Source: Octopus bimaculoides
Taxonomy: Eukaryota
Length of the DNA stretch: 35,862 nucleotides
NCBI RefSeq assembly: GCF_001194135.2
Contig: NC_068982.1
Location: 173,932,299-173,968,160, forward strand
Direction of reading: 5' to 3'
The notes under the pieces: generated by a model
Seen by the model: the letters and a program-made list of their open reading frames with translations, nothing else
What the model was told of the DNA's origin: nothing
The model's database searches: none
In this document: piece after piece, positions 1 to 13,168 of the stretch
Layout of the letters: every line of letters begins with the position of its first letter
Numbering within the stretch: the stretch's first letter is position 1
Made by a program: the position numbers and the translations under genes

Positions 1-59
<59 letters not shown>

Positions 60-283
60 GTGTGTGTGTGTATTTACTTACACATACAGATACAGTTATA
101 CATACATGCTAATGTGGGGAATGACGTTAAGTTAGGAATGACATGGTTATCTGAAGCTGTGATAGGCCGTGTTCGATTACGCCTCGTAGTTATTTCACTT
201 GATATACGTTGCTAATTCACCGGTATATCTCATAACGTCAGATTAAGCAAATGATTCGCTGTATCCAGGACGTCATCCATATA

Positions 284-315
<32 letters not shown>

Positions 316-388
316 TCCTACATACATACATACATACGTATATATATCCACATACATATATATATAAACATATATATACATATATTTA

Positions 389-426
<38 letters not shown>

Positions 427-661
427 NNNNNNNNNNNNNNNNNNNNNNNNNNNNNNNNNNNNNNNNNNNNNNNNNNNNNNNNNNNNNNNNNNNNNNNNNN
501 NNNNNNNNNNNNNNNNNNNNNNNNNNNNNNNNNNNNNNNNNNNNNNNNNNNNNNNNNNNNNNNNNNNNNNNNNNNNNNNNNNNNNNNNNNNNNNNNNNNN
601 NNNNNNNNNNNNNNNNNNNNNNNNNNNNNNNNNNNNNNNNNNNNNNNNNNNNNNNNNNNNN

Positions 662-1359
662 CTTGCAGCATTATGACTGGGTCCTGAAGCAGCTACTTGA
701 CCATTCAAATGTTGATGTGATATATCTTGACTTTGCAAAAGCCTTTGACAAAGTTGATCATGGCTTGATATGTCACAAGCTGCGAAACCTTGGCATAACT
801 GGTAAATTAGGAGAATGGCTGCATGACTTCCTGAATGATAGAAGTCAGACAGTTGCAGCCAATGGAGAACTATCTAGGGAAACGCAAATATTGAGCGGTG
901 TTCCGCAAGGAACTGTCCTGGTGCCACTACTGTTCATAGTGGCCCTTCTGGACATGCCCACGGTCACTCGGTAAGCCACTGTCACTAGCTACGCCGATGA
1001 CACAAAACTATCTCAGGCAATAAAGAATCCTGATGATATTGTAAGCCTACAGAATGACCTAAATGTAATATATGAGTGGGCAGAGCAAAATAATATGCAG
1101 TTCAATACGGAAAAATTTCAAGTACTGCGCTACAAGGCCACCAGTGCCTCCCAACTGGCATACACAGGACCTGGAGGTACTGCAATCCCAGAACCACAAG
1201 CAGTGCGAGACCTGGGCATCAACATGTATAGTGATGCATCATTTCACATGCACATTGTCAAGTTGACAGCAAAGTTCAGGCAGTTGGCGGGGTGGATACT
1301 GAGGACATTCCGTACAAGGGATCAAAAAGTCATGTTGACTCTATGGAAGACATTTGTCC
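662..1359 (+). mobile_element. Non-LTR retrotransposon (LINE, CR1/L2/Jockey-like) ORF2 reverse-transcriptase fragment, inactivated, truncated by gaps on both sides
   Basis: One frame from 663 gives YLDFAKAFDKVDH, SGVPQGTVLVPLLF, then TAA (972-974), then ATVTSYADDTKL (YADD 990-1001), LQNDLNVIYEWAEQNNMQFNTEKF, VRDLGI and WILRTFRTRDQKVMLTLWK. These are canonical LINE RT motifs. No frameshift, one premature stop. Confidence 0.95.
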
Positions 1360-2052
1360 NNNNNNNNNNNNNNNNNNNNNNNNNNNNNNNNNNNNNNNNN
1401 NNNNNNNNNNNNNNNNNNNNNNNNNNNNNNNNNNNNNNNNNNNNNNNNNNNNNNNNNNNNNNNNNNNNNNNNNNNNNNNNNNNNNNNNNNNNNNNNNNNN
1501 NNNNNNNNNNNNNNNNNNNNNNNNNNNNNNNNNNNNNNNNNNNNNNNNNNNNNNNNNNNNNNNNNNNNNNNNNNNNNNNNNNNNNNNNNNNNNNNNNNNN
1601 NNNNNNNNNNNNNNNNNNNNNNNNNNNNNNNNNNNNNNNNNNNNNNNNNNNNNNNNNNNNNNNNNNNNNNNNNNNNNNNNNNNNNNNNNNNNNNNNNNNN
1701 NNNNNNNNNNNNNNNNNNNNNNNNNNNNNNNNNNNNNNNNNNNNNNNNNNNNNNNNNNNNNNNNNNNNNNNNNNNNNNNNNNNNNNNNNNNNNNNNNNNN
1801 NNNNNNNNNNNNNNNNNNNNNNNNNNNNNNNNNNNNNNNNNNNNNNNNNNNNNNNNNNNNNNNNNNNNNNNNNNNNNNNNNNNNNNNNNNNNNNNNNNNN
1901 NNNNNNNNNNNNNNNNNNNNNNNNNNNNNNNNNNNNNNNNNNNNNNNNNNNNNNNNNNNNNNNNNNNNNNNNNNNNNNNNNNNNNNNNNNNNNNNNNNNN
2001 NNNNNNNNNNNNNNNNNNNNNNNNNNNNNNNNNNNNNNNNNNNNNNNNNNNN

Positions 2053-2111
<59 letters not shown>

Positions 2112-2467
2112 TATAAGTATATACATACATACTTACATGCATATACACTTGCATATTGACATACACAATCATAAAGAAACGGTTAGTCTGAACAGATAAC
2201 ACGCTGTAACGCAAACTTACTCGAACACACACACGCGCGCACACACATACAATCATGCTCATATTCTCTCAAGTAACTCTTTTTCTAATTCTCTTTCTTT
2301 CCCCAATTCTCATTTTAACCCTCTGACTCTGTGTCCTAGACTATCACAAAAACACATAGACAAACACATATGAACACTAACACACACATGCACTTACATC
2401 CACCCATCCACCTCTAACTACTACTCTTTCCCTTAACCTTTTAGTTACCCTATTTCTCTCTGTTTCT

Positions 2468-2505
<38 letters not shown>

Positions 2506-2607
2506 ATCTATCTATCAATCTCTTTCTTTTTTGTTGGCCTCCCTTTCTATCTCTGTCTCTTTCTAATACCCCATCTTTTCTCTCTGCTGCCTATTTTGCT
2601 GCTGTAG

Positions 2608-2763
2608 GCTACGGAAGGAGAAATCTTAACAACCCAACTCCTGTGTCGGACAACAAATGGAATGAGGCACCATTTTTGGCTCCATTCACAATCTGATTGC
2701 CAGGATTTTCTTATCAACAGACGTAGAACTTGGCTCACGCAATGGGCAGAGGCTTGCGGCTAA
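2608..2763 (+). CDS. Candidate terminal coding exon of an unidentified gene
   Basis: Pyrimidine tract plus ctgtag acceptor ending at 2607. Phase 0 reads ATEGEILTTQLLCRTTNGMRHHFWLHSQSDCQDFLINRRRTWLTQWAEACG*; phase 1 reads xYGRRNLNNPTPVSDNKWNEAPFLAPFTI*. Complex-sequence island between simple repeats. No family recognised. Confidence 0.25.
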   Translation, partial: ATEGEILTTQLLCRTTNGMRHHFWLHSQSDCQDFLINRRRTWLTQWAEACG

Positions 2764-5700
2764 AATACTACTATCACTAACTAACGTCACCATTAACATT
2801 ACCAACTCAACCGTCAGTTCAATACAACAACCACCACTACACCCTCTACATTCACAGCTACTCCCTTGACATCAACAGAGATGTCATATGTTATATTACA
2901 TTATATTCTTTATTATGCGCGTGTGTGTGTACGTAAACACTCAGGATATACTCATTACACACTCACATATATTTATATATACACATTATTCACACACAAA
3001 CACAGAGGAGTACATACATACACACACACACATACACATAAGCATATATACCATGTATAGATGTGTGTGTGTGCTCCTGTGTTTTTGTGCGTGTATGTAT
3101 GTACTTGTTAGTGTCGGAGGTTTATTCAGGAACTCATTCCTGCTGTGAGCTGTTCATCCGCGCTACACATTCTATTTACCATGTTTACAAATATCTGTCT
3201 TTCAATGACCCGATTGTCTTTCAAACATTAATCGGTAATATTGCATGTAGCTTTCCAAGTCAACTTCAGTTTTTATTTGTTTTGTTTTTCTTTTTTTCTG
3301 CTGTGTTGTGCAATAAAATACAATGTGGTCAGTGTTCATCGTATCGAATGTATAACTTGTTTTTTAACTCTTGTGGGGAACCAATTAATTTTGTTCCTAA
3401 ATGATTGTTATGGCATGTTTATACACTTATATTTCTTATTCCAGACATATGAGTCACCGCTTATTGTACAGAGGCCCGGCACTCATTGCAAGAGGATTCA
3501 CCATCACGAGTCGAATGTTCTCTTTTGACCCAGATCCGATAACACCGTTCCATCGTTGTTAGCTAAAGCTAAAATACTTACACGTGATCGCAAGAACGCA
3601 AGAAAACGTTAGGCTGAATACGTCAACAGTATTTGGAAGAGACTTTTCTTTTGATTCTATATTTGTTGAATCAGAGTGACAGGTCCCCTCACTGAACATT
3701 TTGTATATACTTCTAACTGTCCTATTGCAAAATTTCTGGTGAAGATGCTAATTCAAGAGAACTGTATACGTACGGAAACAAGTACTTGCTCACACACCTC
3801 ACAGAGTAATTCTGTTAGATATTGTCAAATGAAATTATTACTTAGTTGTTTAAGGATTCCTATCTTGTGAACCAGTATAAAATGTGCCAATAAATCAGAC
3901 ACGACAGTCACGGGGATTTCTTTCTTCTTTCTATCCTTTACTGGTAAGATACTGGCTCGTGTGTATTAGACTCATAATTTACTTGATGAACACATTCAAC
4001 GCAATGGGTTAGTATCAATTTAGATCTAAACACAGCGCTGCAGATACGAATTTCATCTAATACTAATTTCAGAAAAGAAAAAGACCAATGAACACTAAGG
4101 ATATACACGTGGATTGCTTGATATGATCACACTCATTGATTCTGTCTCCAGGGATTAGCATTGAATACTAACCTCCAAACTAGCAAGAATGGATAAAATG
4201 ATTGGTCTCAACCAAGCTTTTCAAGACAGTATGGAAGCCTTTTAAGGCAGACTGTAAATTGTGCTGCACCTTTCCAGTCTCCCACAACATATGACATTGA
4301 AGTGAAGATTACTAGATTACTATGTTCTTGCTGCTGCGCCTTTTTTCTTTTGTCTGTTTCTTTTTTCCGCTCTGCTTGAGACTTCATTTTGCAAAGTGAA
4401 CAATGGTGCTAACAATCAGTTCCGGTTCAGTAGTAGATTATCAACATATACATCTGTTGTTTGTCCACCCTTACAGTTATTTAAGAAATAGTTACTTAGT
4501 AGAAACTCGAGATAAATTTTTAACTGAATTGCACCAGTTAATGTATTTAGAAATTTGATAAAGATATATTAAGCGAACGATCAAAATTGTTTATGGGGCA
4601 GAATAGTACGAAATAGATTGCTTTATCCCTGTATAGTATCGTTACATATTAAGATACCCGAATCAATTGAGTGCTGTCAACGTTTACCTGCTACGTCAAA
4701 AGCAGAAACGTCCATCTAGCAGTTACTACAGAATGAAATAACACTGCTTCAAATACATGAATACTAAAACTATCCAAAATTTCGTTGGCCCGCAGTGCCG
4801 AAACTGAGTCTTACTTTGTTGAGGATATAATGCTGATGTTGGTCCATGATACATGCACTTACAACACGGTTCTACATGTGCATCACTTACATGCGCCCTA
4901 AAGTTGATATATATATAAGACTGTATATATGAATGGGCATTACGACCCCACATTGTAAAAAAAACCTTTATACACTGTTATTTAAAATCAGAAACTATAG
5001 ACAGTCGAATCTATATAGTGGAAGGCTTTACTTCGACATGTTATTTCATCCAACCGGTACACTAAATTAACATAAATTATTGATTACTTTCTCAGGCATT
5101 ATAATATAAACCCATACGGAAAGACAAAGGAAATTGTGTGACGGCCATTACTTTTCACGTGGTCATTAAATGTGCATGTGGAACGGATTGATTTCATTTC
5201 GTCACTGATACATGATATATGCAATATGCATAAGTAGACATCCAGAGGGTTTTGAATCCCCAAAACAAACGTAACAAAATACTACAAGGTATTTTTAATT
5301 GCTGCGCAACTGATTCTTATTCTACCACCAAAGTGATGGACTTTACATATATGTATATCTGTATGTATGTATATATATATATATATATATNNNNNNNNNN
5401 NNNNNNNNNNNNNNNNNNNNNNNNNNNNNNNNNNNNNNNNNNNNNNNNNNNNNNNNNNNNNNNNNNNNNNNNNNNNNNNNNNNNNNNNNNNNNNNNNNNN
5501 NNNNNNNNNNNNNNNNNNNNNNNNNNNNNNNNNNNNNNNNNNNNNNNNNNNNNNNNNNNNNNNNNNNNNNNNNNNNNNNNNNNNNNNNNNNNNNNNNNNN
5601 NNNNNNNNNNNNNNNNNNNNNNNNNNNNNNNNNNNNNNNNNNNNNNNNNNNNNNNNNNNNNNNNNNNNNNNNNNNNNNNNNNNNNNNNNNNNNNNNNNNN

Positions 5701-6085
5701 NNNNNNNNNNNNNNNNNNNNNNNNNNNNNNNNNNNNNNNNNNNNNNNNNNNNNNNNNNNNNNNNNNNNNNNNNNNNNNNNNNNNNNNNNNNNNNNNNNNN
5801 NNNNNNNNNNNNNNNNNNNNNNNNNNNNNNNNNNNNNNNNNNNNNNNNNNNNNNNNNNNNNNNNNNNNNNNNNNNNNNNNNNNNNNNNNNNNNNNNNNNN
5901 NNNNNNNNNNNNNNNNNNNNNNNNNNNNNNNNNNNNNNNNNNNNNNNNNNNNNNNNNNNNNNNNNNNNNNNNNNNNNNNNNNNNNNNNNNNNNNNNNNNN
6001 NNNNNNNNNNNNNNNNNNNNNNNNNNNNNNNNNNNNNNNNNNNNNNNNNNNNNNNNNNNNNNNNNNNNNNNNNNNNNNNNNNNNN

Positions 6086-6150
<65 letters not shown>

Positions 6151-7753
6151 TAGTGTGTGTATTAGTGTGTGATTTTTGTATTTGTTCTGGACAGTCAGTG
6201 TTGGTTTGTTTATGTTCATTTGACACCTCGAAATCAGTGGATAGAAGGACAAGCAAACGTAAAATGTCATATTTAATTTCTTATAGCAATATTTGGTTAT
6301 GGATACTTTGTAAAAAAAACTGTCGCATAGATTGTGCCTGCATTTCATCGGTCCGCCCTTGTCTCGTATTGTCGCGATGATCTCCCTCGAAAATTTTGTG
6401 TATGTTACACATCTGTTTGGAACTTGCAGCCATTTGCACGCTAAATCACCGTGCAAGTTGCTGAATATTCGTAAGGGGTGTGTGACTATAGAGTAATTCT
6501 CAAGCTGGCACATAATTCCTTACGTTGCTATCTCTACCAAATAAAGTGGGAAATCATTTTCTTTACCTTTAATACCTGTATTGTATTCAGGTATCTAACA
6601 CTAGTCTGCTAAGCAACTTTCTGGTTCGTGATAATTTCATTGTTAGTAATTCTTCAAACGTAGTTCTTTACCAGCCTCTAGTATCATCAGGACTATCATC
6701 ATCATCGTCACCACGATTATTATCATCAGCCCCATCATCATCAAAATGAATTTAAATGTTACTGTCAACATATTCCTCTAGAATTTCGACTACACATTTA
6801 GAGATTAAAATTCTTTTCCTTTGCAACAAACAGACAATAGATATGGACGCTTCCAAGCAATGAAGATGCTTGTTACAATTTGAATAGAATAGAATCATTT
6901 CATAAATTAATTATAGCTCTCTCTCATTCTTTATCTTGTGTCAGTCGTCTGTCTCAGTCGTCCCCTATAATATTGACAGCTACAGTTTAATTTCTGCTTA
7001 ATTCTGAATTTTATTTCCAATTTCAAGAAACATTTTCATGTCCAGTTATAACAATGACGATTATATAATGCACTTCTGTATCATTAAAAGCCAACCCAGT
7101 ATCATGTATCAATATTCCATAATCTACTTTTGTGGAAGTTGCAACGATTTCTGCATGCTTGTTCAGAACATCACATCAAATTTAATATTATCATACCTTA
7201 ATGACTCGTTAAACCATATTTGATTTCATCGAATTCGTTCACTGTGAGTTGAAATAATGTTTGTGATTATTTGAGGCTCGAGTTATGTAACTATAAACTA
7301 AGGGAATCATACTCTGTCTTCACCATGCAGAATCGATATTGTGGAACTCTTGCAACTTTGCGGTTTCATTTTGTGCGTATATATGCTATTTCATTTTGTG
7401 TATGAACATGTTTCTGTTTGTGGAAAACTCAGTGCACAAAACGCGTATTGCATCTAACACCTACCGCATTTTCCGGTATTCTAGTTGAGGTAGTATATAA
7501 GTTGAGATTTTTCAGTGAATATATCAATGTTTAAGGCGATACTCATCATATAAATCGTTCCACTTTGTCACGAATAACTATTCTACCACATATTTTTCGT
7601 TGCAAGTAGTTTTTTCCGCAGCAAATTTTGGTGGGAAAATTTCGACTTGTACGACGAAAAATTTTATAGATACATATTATTGTATGTGTTGCTTTCACCT
7701 GTAACCTTTTCATGTACTTTCTAGGTTCTAGTGTGCTTCATAGTCAACTCTAT

Positions 7754-7810
<57 letters not shown>

Positions 7811-7820
7811 NNNNNNNNNN

Positions 7821-7863
<43 letters not shown>

Positions 7864-8585
7864 ACACACACACATACAAATTAAAATGAATTAACAAAAT
7901 TATTTTTCTGAGATTCTGCTAATTCATTAATGATTTTGTGTTTGTGTTATGTAAGTGTGCCTATGTTCATTTCGCTTTTTGTTCTTTATTCTATAGTTAT
8001 AGCAAACCTTTAGTTATCAGTGTTTTCACAACACATAACGTTTTACACATCATGGGGCGATATTAAATTCCACTGTTTTGTTACGCGAATTTTGTCCGTA
8101 ATTAGCTCAAGATACATTGCTACAAATATTTTGTGAAATCTATTTTGCAATGTTTTAGAATATAAATCTAAACAAGAATACGATTGTGCACTGCTTGCAC
8201 TTTGGTTTAACTAGTGTTGTAACCAAATGAGTATTTCATCATGCATGTCATTATATGTGCCATACACTCGACAGGTGTCATTTCCTTCTTTTTGAAACGA
8301 TCTAACAAGGAATTTTCTGTATAGATGTTCGACCTCAAATCAGTTCGTCGACTCAGAAATAAAGGAGTGACACAAAAGATAATGTTATTCTAAATACTTA
8401 CAAAAATGAGGGACAGTCGTGGCTGGAATGTCGTTGATCAAGAGATTTGTTCAAATGGGCAGAACTGGAACTAAAATTACAATACAAACAACATCGATTT
8501 AAATAAGGATTTTGGAAGAAAAATCTGGAGAAATGGATCCTGAACTTCGATTGCCAGCATGTTTCTACTTTTAAATTATTGCAAC

Positions 8586-8639
8586 TGCTACTGCTACTGC
8601 CGCTATTACTTATCCTACTACTACTACTACTACTACAAT

Positions 8640-8675
<36 letters not shown>

Positions 8676-8708
8676 AACTACTACTACTACTACTACTGCA
8701 GCTACTGT

Positions 8709-8739
<31 letters not shown>

Positions 8740-8750
8740 GAAGCTACTGT

Positions 8751-8792
<42 letters not shown>

Positions 8793-8793
8793 A

Positions 8794-8826
<33 letters not shown>

Positions 8827-8947
8827 GCAGCTATTGCTACTCTACTACTGCAGCTATTACTACTACTACTACTACAGCTACTGTTACTACTACTACTACT
8901 ACTACTTCTACTACTACTACTACTACTACTTCTACTACTACTACTAC
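8586..8947 (+). repeat. Interrupted (CTA)n trinucleotide microsatellite, ~360 bp
   Basis: Direct reading; recurring variant cassettes such as ctgcagctactgtt, caa and ctt. Source of the poly-Y and poly-L ORFs. Confidence 0.97.
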
Positions 8948-9829
8948 ATTAAATATGTCGTGTAATTCCTTACACTATTAACTTTCTCAGATCCTACCTC
9001 TTTCCTGCGAATGATACGGTCGACGTATTATCCATCTCATCCCCAACATCTTCTTCCCCTTTGTCATCATCGTTTTCCCCTCCCCTTCCTTCTCCCCCTC
9101 CTTCTCCTCCTCAACATCATCATCATCATCATCATCATCTCTAATATCACCATGGTCAACGTTTCAAAAACAATATTTGGTGAATTTGTTTATTCATGAA
9201 TGCGTTGAACAAACTTCTGTGTATCGTTTCGTTACCACTTTTACGTTTTGTGTTCCAATCCCATCGGAGTTACCTGTGCCTTCTTTTTTTTTTCTTGTTC
9301 ACTTTTTTTTATCTTTCCCGGGTTCCATGAAATAAAGTACCAATAAACTGCTCTTGTCTAGTTAATCGATGATTCCCTCCCCTATATTTTGTAGCCTTGT
9401 ATCACCAATGCTAAACAGGTCCATAATTAGATTAATTAATTCAACAAAGCCAAGATGTTTTATTCACACTGTAGCTAGGTTTAGACTCTCAAGCAAACAA
9501 TTATCAACTCTCGTTGGTGTCTTTAGCCAATTTTCCATTGATGTCCACCCACTATCCAGCTATACTACAATGACCACGACAATCTCATTACTATGCGATT
9601 ATTATACGCCAATTGCCTTCAGATCCCCGGCTTCTATAATAGACGTATTATAAGCCCTTTTTGCTATTGGTATTGTTTTGTTTCTCATGCGTTGGAAAAT
9701 AATTAATCGTAAGATTGATCCCGTTATAAATCAACTAATCAATTATTAAGAGGCAGGATTGTTCTCCTTATTGCCATAACAACGACACATAATGGCTTGC
9801 TCATAACATAACCACTGTGTTAATCAGCG

Positions 9830-10065
9830 TCACCATCATCGTCATTATCATCATCTTCATCATCTTTATCATCATCATCATCATCATCATTATCATCATT
9901 ATCATCACCATCATCATCATCATTATCATCATTGATTATAATTATTGTTGTTGTTATTGTTATTATTATTGAGCATCATCAACCGCATCATTCAGATTTG
10001 TCTCATCATCATCATCATCATCAACATCATCATTATTGCCATCATCATCATCATCATCATCATCA
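9830..10065 (+). repeat. Degenerate (ATC)n/(ATT)n/(GTT)n trinucleotide repeat
   Basis: Direct reading; source of the poly-H and poly-I ORFs. Confidence 0.9.
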
Positions 10066-11187
10066 AATTGTTGTTCAAAGTGAACGTCAACTGTATCGAT
10101 CTCACCCCAGTTTGCGTGTGGACGATCTGCAAAGGTCATGTGTACTACTCCTTAGTCCTGACTAAACGATAAACGAAAAATTACAGTTACTATTCAACTT
10201 GTTCTTTCAAAAAGGTTCGTGCGTTTCCGATCTGAGTCCCGGTGGCGAGGACAAAACTGTTGATGAGCGTCTTTGACAAAGCCTTTAGCTTTATTTTTTG
10301 CAGAGTTCTGGAACAGAAATTGTCAATTATACCCTCCTTTTCCCTGTTCCTTCTCAGCAGCAACACCACTCTTCAGAGAAGTCGACTCGGAATGCTCTCA
10401 TTTAAAGAAACGCATATGAATACCCTAATCAATTATAGATGAGACACCCTAACATAGCGCCAGAGAATCCCTCGACTCTACCCCACTGTCACTCCTCGTA
10501 GTAGAGCCTGGTGCATTTAAAAGCACACATAAACACATTCGACGTTGAACGAAACATATCTTCAAGGAATACTTGTTTGGTTTGAAAGGTAGTTAAATGC
10601 TGCATTGTATGGAAAGTCATTTGTGTGATAATCACTAATATTCTTTCGTCTTAAATTCCTGCCAAAGCAACAAGAAATGTACTTTCTGTCGCCTGCTGTT
10701 GTTGATTGCTTTGCTGTTCCATTTTTCTGAAGTTCTTCATGGTTGAAAGAATTCGAATAAAACTTATTATCAGATATAGAGTTTATAAGTCTACTTTACA
10801 CCACCAATCTTATGACTTCTCTTCGGCACTCTCAACGGGGAACTACTACAGATATTCAGAAATCATCAGCACTTCCTGCATCTCCAATTAGATGCCACGA
10901 GACCATATATCTTATCATTTGCTATATGACCCTGTTGTGCAACAAAGCATGACAATGACCCAAAGATCAATTCATTACTAATATCCTTTACTGTTGCCTT
11001 CACAGTATATAGTTCCATATACTGAGGAACCAGTTAATGATGTACCAGATCAGACTGCTTCCTTTCCTTACCATTAGTTTTAAAAACTAGGCATACGGTA
11101 GGCGTAAGCACTACTTCGATCTATATAAGATCTATCTTTTCTCATATCACAGAGAGTTACAACCATGTTCTGTTCTTAACGATTCAG

Positions 11188-11294
11188 ACATAGATTATCC
11201 TCTTCCACACCTGCTCTTGGATGAAGAACACCGTGAGAGATGCACCATCTCGAACTACATAATCCTGCGGAGAAAAATTAATTCTCATAACCAG
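11188..11294 (+). CDS. Weak candidate internal exon (phase 1 to 0)
   Basis: Acceptor gttctgttcttaacgattcag, donor CAG|gtattt. Reads xIDYPLPHLLLDEEHRERCTISNYIILRRKINSHNQ. An overlapping minus-strand pseudo-exon has similarly good sites. Confidence 0.2.
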
Positions 11295-11926
11295 GTATTT
11301 CATATCCAGTTGTTTTCTGTTACCAGAGACCTTATCGAAAAATAACATCCTTTGTTTCTGATGTAACTCTCCTAAATTTTTTTAATTTGATTACTGTTTA
11401 CTGCTTTGTTAAGATTGTTATAATGAATGTTATTAATATTGTTCAAAATGTCCCAATCATTTCCGTATTGACTGCGTACATCCTGCAGTGGAGTTGATTT
11501 TCTTTCTTTCTTTCTTTCTTTTCTGTACCATTGCATTGCATTCCTATATATATTGTATTGAAGCCTTTTGTTTTATTCTGGCGAGAATCGGTCTTAAATT
11601 GAATGCATACAAGAGAAAGGTTCCCAAAATAATCTAAGACCCACACTGGATTTCGGCATCCCACATACAACACACGATTACTTCGACGCAAAGTAGAGCA
11701 CAAGATACGATAAACAAAAGCATGTAAACTCTACCGAACTTTGCAACTATAATAATGTTGCAATTCGTATTGTAGTCGAGACTCGCGTGAAATCCTGATG
11801 GTTACATAAGTAACCTCTTCATATAAAAGGCCACGTTACATGTCACATTTTTCAAAAGTTGATTCTATCACACTTTCGAAATGACACTGGAAAGATACGG
11901 GGTTACACCGAGTGGAAGAAAACGAA

Positions 11927-11961
11927 AGAAAGAAATAAAGAAAGAAAGAAAGAAAGAAATA

Positions 11962-12028
<67 letters not shown>

Positions 12029-12077
12029 GAAGGAAGGAAGGAAGGAAGGAAGGAAGGAAGGAAGATAGATAGATAGG

Positions 12078-12134
<57 letters not shown>
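11927..12134 (+). repeat. Compound tetranucleotide microsatellite (AAAG)n-(AAGG)n-(AGAT)n
   Basis: Direct reading of three contiguous arrays. Confidence 0.97.
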
Positions 12135-12136
<2 letters not shown>

Positions 12137-13068
12137 GGGGATTCGGTTGACAGCTATTCATTGTCAACCAAAGTTCTTAACTGGTTAACTATTAAGCTCG
12201 TAGGCTTTTCGTTTACTGATCCATTTTTGAATACCGCGTCTCGTGTCAACTGGATTACTATCAGCATTCATCTCTCAAAACACAGACCTCACTCTCTGCA
12301 TTTCTCATTCATGCGATCGTTTGAATTTCATTGTTGGTGTACGCTTGTTGGTTCTGTTATTCTCAAACAATAGATCCTCTATAGATACATAGGTATCTAT
12401 AGATGAATCGAGTTATTAGAATTTTTTATTCCACGTATTCGTCACTTACCCAGTTTTCTATCGTCACTATTGTATTCAAGGTGATCTATTTTTGCGTTAT
12501 TTTGAAAATCATAGTAAAGAGAAGTATAAGGAAGATTTTTACAAAAAAAAAAGGAAAAACGAAAAAGAGCAGCGATTAGCGTGAGAAAGGAATGTTAGGC
12601 AAAACATATAAGAAAGAGTAGTTCGGACGTAGTTCGGACTTTTGAGATATACAAAAGGAAATTGCAAGTCAAACACAATAAATAGTTCTCTGTCACAAAG
12701 AAATTAACCAGCCTCAAAAAACAGAAAGACGAAGATTGATACAAGTCATCGGTTTATTATATATTATGCCTTTATTATATATTTCATACTGAAATAACTC
12801 CGGCATGTTTGAGACGCACTGCGCTAGTAGTATTCCTAATTTCCATAATTTCTCTGACATTATGTGAATACTGGACATACGTTAGTTTTAGTCTATCCGA
12901 CTTTAATTCTCCTATAACTTATCAAAATCAAATGTGGGTTTCTATATATGGAATTTACTTTTGATTTCGCTGCATTTTCACAAAGTCAACAACTTGTAAA
13001 ATTGGGTGTTGAAAATCGATCATTTCACTTAATCATTTCTCGCATAAGCACAAAGCTAAGAGAAAAGA

Positions 13069-13127
13069 GTCGAGTAAACTGACCCCAATACTGAACAACT
13101 ACTTATTTTATCGACCCTGGAAGGAAG
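13069..13127 (-). mobile_element. Degenerate fragment of SINE family B core
   Basis: gtcgagtaaactgaccccaatac...acttatttatcgaccctggaagga resembles 23683-23740 (gtcgattacatcgaccccag...acttaatttatcgacctcgaaagga). Confidence 0.5.
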
Positions 13128-13168
13128 ACTCTGATCAAACATATATTAGTAGAAGATAGAATCATATA

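Noticed and set aside
3582-8470. Minus-strand exons at 8470-8402 and 3723-3582 (MFSEGTC...FSLTFSCVLAIT, GPCR-like N-terminus)
   Set aside because: GTAAGT donors are frequent by chance in AT-rich DNA; the downstream continuation stops quickly and no 7TM motifs follow.
8559-8965. Poly-Leu, poly-Tyr or mucin-like poly-Thr ORFs
   Set aside because: Translation of a (CTA)n microsatellite; the Thr frame shifts near 8750 and has no convincing start or splice context.
9932-10172. His-rich and Ile-rich ORFs
   Set aside because: (ATC)n repeat translation.
11443-11703. VLYVGCRNPVWVLD as a semaphorin/plexin motif
   Set aside because: Short resemblance only; no other Sema features and no convincing splice boundaries.
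11859-12167. KERK / LSFF repeat ORFs
   Set aside because: Tetranucleotide microsatellite translation.
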